A DNA stretch of 13,253 bases from Chthoniobacteraceae bacterium (GTDB lineage Bacteria; Verrucomicrobiota; Verrucomicrobiia; Chthoniobacterales; Chthoniobacteraceae), in assembly GCA_040081625.1 (NCBI GenBank), contig JBEBGD010000133.1, forward strand, positions 1 through 13,253, in the 5' to 3' direction. Made by a program: the position numbers and the translations under genes. Shown here one piece after another: positions 1-7,700 of this stretch. Positions within the stretch are counted from its first letter, which is position 1, and each line of letters begins with the position of its first letter. Below the pieces are notes generated by a model. That model saw nothing but the letters and a program-made list of their open reading frames with translations. It had not been told where the DNA came from and did not search any database.

Positions 1-1286
1 ACGATGTGGATGACCTCGGCGCGCGTGCCGGTGATGGCGTCGATGGAGTCGAGCACCTGTGCGTATTTGAGCGCGAGGCTTTCGAGCGCGCAGCGGATGA
101 TGGCGGCGTCGGTGCCGGGCACGGGCTGATTCGTCTCGCGGCAGAATTCGCGGATCGCTTCGGGCATCGACGGGGGATTGAGAAAGCGCGGGTCGTCGGG
201 ATCGACGAGGCTGCGCAGGGCGGGCGCTTCGGCGGCGAGGCGGACGAGCTCGGCGTAGTCGTATTCGCGGGTGAAGGCGCGCCGGCACTGCTGCACGAGC
301 CAGAGGCCCATGATGTTCTTGAGCAGGCGCACGGTGCCATCGACGCCGCCTTCGTTGGTGAGGTTCGCGCGCAGGGCGGCGTCGGTGAGGATGGGCGCGG
401 GGAGTTCGACGCCGAGCAGGGACCACGTGCCGGAGCTGAGGTAGGCGGAGTGACAAGGAGGGGCGGCGTCCTCGCCGCCCTGAACCCCGGCAGGGGTTCC
501 CGTGTGAGCCGCTGCGCGGCTCAGGGCGGCGAGACGCCGCCGCTCCTTGGTTTGCATCGGCACGGCGACGACGGCGGAGCCGGTGTCGTGCGTCGCGGGG
601 GCGATGACCGGGATGCCGTGGTAGCTGCCGAGCTTCGTGCCGGGATCGATGATCCCTGGAAAGATGCGCGTGGGCAGGCCGAGTCGTTTGATGATTCCGC
701 GCGACCAGTCGCGGGTGATGGGATGCACGCATTGCGTGGTCGTGGCGTTGGTGAACTCGCACGCGCGCTCGCCGGTGAGGCACCAGTTGAAGAAATCCGG
801 GATGGTGAGGAAGGTCTCCGCGGCGTCGAACAGCTCGGGGCTCTGCTCGGCGACGGCGAGGAGCTGGTAGAGCGTGTTGATGGGCATGAATTGGATGCCG
901 GTCGCCGCGAAGATCTCTTCGCGCGGCACCTTGGAAAAAGCGCGCTCCATCACGCCGCGCGTGCGCGGGTCGCGGTAGGTGCAGGGCAGGCCGAGCAGTT
1001 CGCCGTGGTGCGAGAGAAGCACGAAGTCCACGCCCCACGCATCGACGCCGATGGACGCGATGGACTTGCCGTAGCGCTTCTCGGCGAGTGCGAGGCCGTT
1101 CTGGATTTCCTGCCACAAGCGCAGCACGTCCCAGCGCAGCGAGCCGCGCAGGTCGATGCCGCCATTCGGGAAGCGGTGGACTTCCTCGAGCCGCAGGCGC
1201 TTGCCGTCCCAATGGCCGGCGGCGACGCGTCCGCTTTCCGCGCCGAGGTCGATGCCTAGATGCACTTGTTCGTTCACGCGGGCCAT
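1..1286 (-). CDS. rhaB: Rhamnulokinase / FGGY-family carbohydrate kinase, 3' end cut by the window edge. Start is ATG 1286 or GTG 1277. Carries a ~32-codon in-frame repeat insertion at 454-549.
   Basis: Manual minus-strand translation gives HLGIDLGAESGRV...LEEVHRFPNG, EEIFAATGIQFMPINTLYQL, FLTIPDFFNWCLTG...EFTNATTTQ, APATHDTGSAVVAVP, AYLSSGTWSLLGVE and ends ...EVIHI at the edge. These are rhamnulokinase-type motifs. I saw no stop in this frame; the track's + ORF 6..1259 is its antisense shadow. Confidence 0.9.
   Translation of the reverse strand, partial: MARVNEQVHLGIDLGAESGRVAAGHWDGKRLRLEEVHRFPNGGIDLRGSLRWDVLRLWQEIQNGLALAEKRYGKSIASIGVDAWGVDFVLLSHHGELLGLPCTYRDPRTRGVMERAFSKVPREEIFAATGIQFMPINTLYQLLAVAEQSPELFDAAETFLTIPDFFNWCLTGERACEFTNATTTQCVHPITRDWSRGIIKRLGLPTRIFPGIIDPGTKLGSYHGIPVIAPATHDTGSAVVAVPMQTKERRRLAALSRAAAHTGTPAGVQGGEDAAPPCHSAYLSSGTWSLLGVELPAPILTDAALRANLTNEGGVDGTVRLLKNIMGLWLVQQCRRAFTREYDYAELVRLAAEAPALRSLVDPDDPRFLNPPSMPEAIREFCRETNQPVPGTDAAIIRCALESLALKYAQVLDSIDAITGTRAEVIHI
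454..549. repeat. REP doublet (REPIN-like) inverted repeat inserted in frame in rhaB
   Basis: Left arm 454-483 CAAGGAGGGGCGGCGTCCTCGCCGCCCTGA and right arm 521-549 TCAGGGCGGCGAGACGCCGCCGCTCCTTG are reverse complements with 1 mismatch and 1 indel. Each arm is GGAG followed by a GC palindrome. Internal hairpins lie at 482-499 and 505-523. Span is 96 bp. Confidence 0.85.
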
Positions 1287-1373
1287 TTTCAGCACGTGAT
1301 GAGAGTCGTTCGCCAGTCAAAATACATAGTCTCCGCAAGGCCATGGTGATCGCGGCGTGCTGTCTCCCGTGGC

Positions 1374-1781
1374 ATGACAAAAACTCGTATCCTTATCGTC
1401 GATGACAACTGGCCGATCGCGAAGCTGATCGGATCGCGCCTGGAAGCCACCGGGTATTACGAGGTGAGGGTGGAGAATATGCCAGCCGGCGCCTTCCGCG
1501 CCGCCGCAGAGTTTCAGCCCCGGCTCTTCCTGCTCGACGTGGAAATGCCCGGCATGAGCGGAATCGAGCTCGCGGCCAAGCTGGCGAAGGAACCCGGATT
1601 CACGGACACGCCGGTGATCTTTCTCACGTCGCTCGTTTCCTCGGAGGAGGCGGGCGCGCGGGAGTTGGTCAGCCGGGGCAAACGATACCTTTCAAAGACC
1701 GCGTCGGTCGCGGTCACGCACGCGTGCATCACCCGCGCGCTGAGTGCTCCCGATCCTGACGCCGAGGCGGACGAGAAGTGA
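1374..1781 (+). CDS. Single-domain response regulator (REC only)
   Basis: ILIVDD, LLDVEMPGMSG (phosphoacceptor Asp), PVIFLT and YLSK motifs; 135 aa with no output domain. Its stop overlaps the next start (GTGA at 1778-1781). Confidence 0.9.
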   Translation: MTKTRILIVDDNWPIAKLIGSRLEATGYYEVRVENMPAGAFRAAAEFQPRLFLLDVEMPGMSGIELAAKLAKEPGFTDTPVIFLTSLVSSEEAGARELVSRGKRYLSKTASVAVTHACITRALSAPDPDAEADEK

Positions 1782-3385
1782 CCGAGGAGCAACTGCGACA
1801 GTCGCGAATCCTGGTCGTCGATGACGACCTCTCGACGCTCTGCCTGATCAAGAGCGTGCTCGACCGGCTGGGCTTCCGGCGCATCGTCGCGTTTCAGCAC
1901 TCGCGTGAGTTCATGCAGCGCTTCCAGTCGGTGCAGCCGGAGTTGGTCATCACCGACCTGCTGATGCCGGAGGTCGATGGATTCGAGGTGATCCAGTATT
2001 TGCGCGAGATCGAGCCAAACCCCGTGGCGCTCCCTGCGATCGTGCTCACGGCCAGCGGCTCGGCGGAGAGCCGGCGGCGCTCGCTGGCTGCGGGCGCGAC
2101 GGATATTCTCATCAAGCCGTTCGATCCCTCCGAGCTGCTCATGCGCATCCGCAATGCGCTTCGCACACGCTTTCTCCACCTCGCGCTCAGCGAGCAGAAC
2201 GCGTCGCTCGAGCAGATCGTGGCTGCGCGCACTTCGGCACTCGAGTGCGCGCTCTCGGAGCTGAAGGACAGCCAGCGCGCCATCGTCCAGCAGGCGCGTT
2301 TTCGTGCGTTCGGCGAGATGGCCAGCGGCGTGGTTCACGATTTCAACAACGCGCTGATGACCGTGATCGGCTACAGCGAGCTGCTGCTCGGCGACCCGCT
2401 CGCGATCGCCGACACCGAGCAGGTGCGCGACTACCTCACGACGATCAACACCGCCGGGCGCGATGCCTCGCACGTCGTGTCGCGGCTGCGGGATTTCTAC
2501 CGCCCGCGGGACAAGGACGACCCGTTCGAGCCGGTGGACTTGAACAAGATCATCGAGGAGGCCGTGAAGCTCACGCAGCCGAAGTGGCGAGTGCAGGCGC
2601 AGAGCAAGGGCATCCAGGTCCAGGTGCAGTATCAACTCGAGCGCGTGCCGCCGATGTTCGGCAATCCGTCCGAGCTGCGCGAGGCGATGATGAACCTGAT
2701 TTTCAATGCCGTGGACTCGATGACGACGGGTGGCCAGATCACGCTGCGCAGCCGGCAGGACGGCGCGCGCGTGCAGTGCGAGGTCGAAGACACCGGGCAG
2801 GGCATGTCGGCCGATGTGCGGCAGCGCTGCCTCGAGCCGTTTTTCACCACCAAGGGCGAAAGCGGCACCGGCCTCGGGCTGCCGATGGTCTTCGGCGTGA
2901 TCACGCGCCACGACGGGCAGCTCGACATCGACAGCGTCGTCGGCCGCGGCACGAACATGATCCTCAGCTTTCCAGTGCATGATCCGGTCGGCGCGTCGTC
3001 TTCGACGATCGTCATACCCGCTGCGCCGCTGCGGCCGCTCAAGGTCCTCGTGGTCGATGACGAACTGAGTTCGCGCGACATCGTCTCGCGCTATCTCGCG
3101 AGCGACGGGCACGACGTGACGACCGTGGAGACCGGCATGGAAGCGGTCTGGCAATTCGAGCACTCGCGTTTCGACCTGCTGCTGACCGACCACACCATGC
3201 CGGGCATGAACGGGATTGAGCTCGCGCAAGTGCTCCGGCAGATGCGCATGAACCAGCCGATCATCCTGCTCACGGGTTTTGTCTTCGATGCGAAGACGCT
3301 GCCCAGCGGGATCTCCTGCGTCGTCCGCAAGCCGGTCGCGCCGGAACGGCTCCGGGCCGCGCTGGCCAGCGTGATGGGGAAGTAG
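1778..3385 (+). CDS. Cytoplasmic hybrid histidine kinase (REC-HisKA-HATPase_c-REC)
   Basis: N-terminal REC (ILVVDDD, ITDLLMPEVDG, LIKPF), H-box GVVHDFNNAL, N-box NLIFNAVDSM, G1 EDTGQGM, F-box EPFFTTK, G2 GTGLGL, and C-terminal REC (VLVVDDE, LTDHTMPGMNG, RKP). No transmembrane segment seen. Confidence 0.93.
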   Translation: MTEEQLRQSRILVVDDDLSTLCLIKSVLDRLGFRRIVAFQHSREFMQRFQSVQPELVITDLLMPEVDGFEVIQYLREIEPNPVALPAIVLTASGSAESRRRSLAAGATDILIKPFDPSELLMRIRNALRTRFLHLALSEQNASLEQIVAARTSALECALSELKDSQRAIVQQARFRAFGEMASGVVHDFNNALMTVIGYSELLLGDPLAIADTEQVRDYLTTINTAGRDASHVVSRLRDFYRPRDKDDPFEPVDLNKIIEEAVKLTQPKWRVQAQSKGIQVQVQYQLERVPPMFGNPSELREAMMNLIFNAVDSMTTGGQITLRSRQDGARVQCEVEDTGQGMSADVRQRCLEPFFTTKGESGTGLGLPMVFGVITRHDGQLDIDSVVGRGTNMILSFPVHDPVGASSSTIVIPAAPLRPLKVLVVDDELSSRDIVSRYLASDGHDVTTVETGMEAVWQFEHSRFDLLLTDHTMPGMNGIELAQVLRQMRMNQPIILLTGFVFDAKTLPSGISCVVRKPVAPERLRAALASVMGK

Positions 3386-3484
3386 GCGGTCCGCGCCCGC
3401 GCGAGCATCGCGGCCAATCCGCGCGCAGCTTCGCGCAAAATCCGGGTTTCGCCGCGCGCGTGCCGCGCTTAAAACAGCGACCCT

Positions 3485-4633
3485 ATGAATCTCACCCGCA
3501 CCGCTTTCGGCACCTGGAATGGCGGCCGCTTCATGCACTTCGGCGTCCCGGTCGAGGAAGCCCGCTTCGCCGAGTTGATCCGCCGCGCCTACGAAAAAGG
3601 CGTCCGCACTTTCATGACCGCCGACACCTACGGCTCCGGCGCCGCGGATGAAGCGCTCGGCGCCGCGCTCGCCGGCGTGCCGCGCGAGAGCTACTGCCTC
3701 GTCGGCATGATCGGCCACGATTTCTACGGCGGCTTGCGCGATGGGCAGAAGGGTTTCCCGCGCTTCACCGACCCGCGCTATCGCCAGCCGTCGGACTTCG
3801 CCAGCTACGTGCGCATGGCCACCGAGAAGTCGCTCGCCCGCTGCCGCACCGACCGCTTCGACTGCCTGATGCTGCACAACCCCGACTCCATCGGCTACTC
3901 CTCCGACGTGGTCTGGAAGGCGATGCACCGGATGCAGGATGAAAAACTCACCGACCTGCTCGGCGTCGCGCCGGGGCCGGCCAATGGCTTCACGCTCGAC
4001 CTCATCCTCTGCCTCGAACGCTTCTCCGCGCTGCTCGACTGGGCGATGATCATCCTCAATCCGCTCGAGCCCTGGCCCGGCACGCTCGCGCTCGGCGCGG
4101 CGCAAAAGGCCGACGTGTCGCTCATCACGCGCGTCGTCGATTACGGCGGGCTCTTTCACGACGACGTGAAGCCCGGGCACGAGTTCGGCACGCGCGATCA
4201 CCGCACCTTCCGGCCCGCCGGCTGGGTCGAGGCGGGCAATGAGAAGATCGAGCAGATGCGCGACATCGCGCAGCGGCACGGCATCACCATGCTGCAGCTC
4301 TCCTGCCTGTGGAATCTCGCGCACGCGCCGGTGAAGTCGGTCGTGCCCACGCTCATCCAGGAAGTCGGCGCGACCGCGAAGCCGATCGAGGCGAAGCTCG
4401 ACGATCTCGCCGCGCTGCCGCCGATCGAGCTGAGCGCGGAGGAAGTGGAGATGCTCGCCGCGATCGGCAACAACAAGGGTTGCATGGCGCTCAAGGGCGG
4501 CAGCCCCGAGCACAGCGGCGACGCGCAGCCGGATCGCTGGCCGCTCTCGAACGATCTGCGCGATGTCGCGCAGCGCTGGGGCATCACGCCCGAGAGCGAT
4601 CTGGTCTGCACGCACGCGCACACGGCGGCGTGA
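3485..4633 (+). CDS. Aldo/keto reductase-fold protein with an atypical active site
   Basis: AFGTW, RAYEKGVRTFMTADTYGSGAADEALG, EKSLARC-RTDRFDCLMLHNPD, IAQRHGITMLQL..LW.L..PVKSVVP and ELSAEEV follow the AKR TIM-barrel pattern. Confidence 0.85.
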   Translation: MNLTRTAFGTWNGGRFMHFGVPVEEARFAELIRRAYEKGVRTFMTADTYGSGAADEALGAALAGVPRESYCLVGMIGHDFYGGLRDGQKGFPRFTDPRYRQPSDFASYVRMATEKSLARCRTDRFDCLMLHNPDSIGYSSDVVWKAMHRMQDEKLTDLLGVAPGPANGFTLDLILCLERFSALLDWAMIILNPLEPWPGTLALGAAQKADVSLITRVVDYGGLFHDDVKPGHEFGTRDHRTFRPAGWVEAGNEKIEQMRDIAQRHGITMLQLSCLWNLAHAPVKSVVPTLIQEVGATAKPIEAKLDDLAALPPIELSAEEVEMLAAIGNNKGCMALKGGSPEHSGDAQPDRWPLSNDLRDVAQRWGITPESDLVCTHAHTAA

Positions 4634-4642
4634 GGCCCTGCG

Positions 4643-4779
4643 TTGGACGTTGGAAGTTGAGCGTTGGAAGTTGGACGTTGAGCCCGCCGCAGGCGCCGCA
4701 CATTCTGCGATGAACCGCTCGCCCATCCGAGGTGCCCTGCGGGCGGCTCAACTTCCAACGCTCAACTTCCAACGTCCCA
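4643..4779. repeat. Intergenic inverted-repeat element with heptamer-array arms
   Basis: Left arm TTGGACG TTGGAAG TTGAGCG TTGGAAG TTGGACG TTGAGCC-CGCCGCAGG (from 4643). Right arm CCTGCGGGC-GGCTCAA CTTCCAA CGCTCAA CTTCCAA CGTCCCA (to 4779) is the reverse complement with one unit fewer. Confidence 0.85.
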
Positions 4780-7700
4780 TGAACCCACGCGCCTTCCTCA
4801 TTCTCTCCCTCTTCGTCTTCTTCGCCGCATCCCGCGCCGCCGAGCCCTTCGAGATCAAGGACGGCGACCGCGTGCTGCTGCTCGGCGACACGCTGCTCGA
4901 GCGGGAGAATAGCTACGGCACGCTCGAGCTGCGGATGCACGAGCAGTTCCCCGAGCGGAAATTCAGCGTGCGCAATCTCTCGTGGGCGGGCGAGACGCCG
5001 CGCGGCATCTCCCGCGCGAGCTTCGATCCGCCGGAGAAAGGCTTCGAGCGGCTCAAGGAGCAGATCGCGCTGGTGAAGCCGACGGTCGTCTTCCTCGGCT
5101 TCGGCATGGCCGCGAGCCTCCAGGAAATGACCGACCGCGCGCACGACTGGACGCTCAACCCCGACCCGGCGCGGTATGGCGCGGAGCCGATGAGCGCGGG
5201 GCGGTTCAAGCGGGAGCTGGGGCAGCTCATGGATGCGATCGCGGAAATCGCGAGCAAGGACACGGCGGCTGCTCAGCCCGGAGGGCTGAAGGAAATTAGC
5301 CCCGGGCAACGCCCGGGGTCTCCCGTCAAAAGCGGGACGCGCCCTGAAGGGGCGCAGGAACGTTCCGCCGCCCCTGCCGGGGCGGATGCGAAGGGGAACG
5401 GTGGTCCCCGGGTTTCACCCGGGGCTAATGTCCCTCAGCCCTCCGGGCTGAACGCGGGCGGCGTGCGCTTCGTCCTGCTCTCGCCGATCCGGCACGAAGA
5501 CCTGCGCGCCACCCGCCCCGGCCTGCCCGACCCCGCCGCGCACAATGCGCTGCTCGTGCAATATAGTAAGGCCATCGAGGAGCTGGCGAAGGAGCGGGGG
5601 GGGCGGTTTGTGGACCTCCCGAATCGCACGAACGATGGCCAGCCGCTCACAGACAATGGCATCCACCGCAATGAGACAGGACATTGGCTCATCGGCATGG
5701 ATTTGATGGACGCCTTCGATTGGAAGCCGCGGAACGTCAGCCCGGGGATCACAGCCCCCGCCGACGCGTGGAAGGAGCACGAAGGCGCTATGAAAGGCCA
5801 GGATTCCCTCCGCGCCGCCATCCTCCGCAAGAACGCCCTCTGGTTCCACCGCACGCGCCCGGCGAACGAGACCTACCTCACCGGCTTCCGCAAACACGAG
5901 CAGGGGCAGAACGCGAAGGAGATCCCCGAGTTCGACCCCCTCGTCGAAGCCGCCGACGCCGAGATCGACCGCCTGAAGCGCGGCGCCAAGGGTGCGCAAG
6001 CAGCCCCGAAAGGGCCGATTTCCAGCCCGGAAAACGCAGATTCCAAGTTGGAAAGTCCTCCTGTCAGCCTGACAAAGGCCCCCGGCAACCTGGCAAACGC
6101 TCCCGTCAGCCTGACAAAGGCTCCCGTCAGCCTGACAAAGGCTCCCGTCAGCCTGACAAAGGCTCCCGTCAGCCTGACAAACGCTCCTGTCAGCCTGACA
6201 AAGGCTCCCGTCAGCCTGACAAACGCTCCCGTCAGCCTGACAAACGCTCCCGTCATCCTGACAAAGGCTCCCGTCAGCCTGACAAACGCTCCCGTCATCC
6301 TGACAAAGGCTCCCGTCAGCCTGACAAAGGCTCCCGTCAGTCTGACAAACGCTCCCGTCAGCCTGACAAACGCTCCCGGCAACTTGCCCACCTTCGACCT
6401 CGGAGAGAACCTCGAAATCACCCTCTGGGCGGCCAATCCCCTCCTCGTGAAGCCCACGCAGATGAATTGGGACGCGCTGGGGCGCCTCTGGGTCTGCGGC
6501 ACGGCGCACTACCCGCAGATCGCGCCGGGTGAGCTGGAGAAGGACCAGATTTTCATCCTCGAAGACACCGACCGGGACGGGAAGGCGGACAAGAGCACGC
6601 CCTTCGCGGGCGGGATGCTCATGCCGACGGCCATCGTGCCGGATTTGGCGTTTGGCGTTGGGAGTTTGGCGTTTGGCGTTAAGCCCGCCGCAGGCGCCGC
6701 GGATGTCAGAGGACGCGATTCCAAATCACCGCCCGTGCCGGGGGCTGAACGCCAAACGCCAAACGCCAAACGCCAAACACCAAACGGCGTCCGCGCCGCC
6801 TGCTACGTCGGCGCCAGCACGGAGATCCTCCACTTCGCCGATACCGATGGCGACGGCGTCGCCGACACCAAGCGCATCGTCTTCTCCGGCTTCGGGACCG
6901 AGGACACGCATCACAACGTGCACACGCTCAAGTGGGGCCCGTATGGGCGGCTCTATTTCAATCAATCGGTCTATACGCACACGCATCTCGAGACGCCTTA
7001 CGGCGTCGTGCGGCTCAATGCGGGCGGCGTCTTCGCGTATGATCCGCGCACCGAGCGCGTGGAGGTTTTCAGCAAGGGGCTGTGGAATCCGTGGGGCCAT
7101 GTGATCCATCGCAACGGCCAGCATTTCCTCACCGATGGCGCCGGGCGCGACGGCATCTCGTGGGCGTTCCCCGGCGCGGTCTTCGCGCCGAGCGAAGGCG
7201 CGCGGCAGACGATGGGCAGCATCAGCCCCGGCACATATCCGAAGTTCGCCGGCCTGGAGCTGATCCACAGCCCGCACTTCCCGGACGACTGGCAGGGCAC
7301 CGCGGTCACGTGCGACTTCCGCGCGCATCGGATCGTGCGGTTTAAGATCAACGATCTCGGCCCTGCGAAGAGCGGCTACGTGACGGCGGACCTGCCCGAG
7401 GTGGCCCGCACCGCCGACATCGCCTTCCGCCCGATCGACGTGAAGCTCGGTCCCGACGGCGCGCTCTACATCGCCGACTGGACCAACGAGGTGATCAACC
7501 ACGGCGAAGTCGATTTCCGCGACCCGCGGCGGGATAAGCAGAGCGGGCGGATTTGGCGGGTTAGTTACAAGGGCCGGCCGACCGTGAAACGGGAGCCGCC
7601 CGCCATAGCAGCACCCGTCAGCGACGGATCGCCGCGCGGCCGCATCGCCACCATGCGCGCCCTCGCGCGCAAGCCGACGATCGAGAACGCATCAGCGATT

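Noticed and set aside
6..1259. 417-aa plus-strand ORF
   Set aside because: It is the in-register antisense shadow of the minus-strand rhamnulokinase and has no recognisable motifs.
1287..1320. Minus-strand TTGACT as a -35 box for rhaB
   Set aside because: No acceptable -10 hexamer lies at 16-18 bp spacing.
1514..4726. 1070-aa minus-strand ORF, and similar long antisense ORFs at 6726-7502, 7692-9395, 9927-10823 and 11371-12264
   Set aside because: They lie antisense to well-supported genes; long stop-free shadow frames are expected in high-GC coding DNA.
4563..4778. 72-aa N-terminal extension of the large ORF
   Set aside because: It overlaps the AKR gene and translates the heptamer repeat; the signal peptide begins at ATG 4779.
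4643..4779. Rho-independent terminator after the AKR gene
   Set aside because: There is no U-tract on either side, and the structure is a long repeat-armed element with a sibling inside a CDS.
6057..6392. Possible CRISPR array
   Set aside because: The units are directly adjacent with no unique spacers, the array is in frame in a CDS, and no cas genes are present.
5415..6532. Alternative-frame ORFs spanning the 21-bp array (5415-6509, 5684-6532, 5873-6502)
   Set aside because: They are open largely because the repeat lacks stops in those frames; there is no independent coding evidence.
5273..6784. Inteins or self-splicing introns as the explanation for the in-frame inserts
   Set aside because: The inserts are short, lack intein terminal motifs (N-terminal Cys/Ser with C-terminal His-Asn) and show no group I/II intron features; their structure is DNA symmetry.
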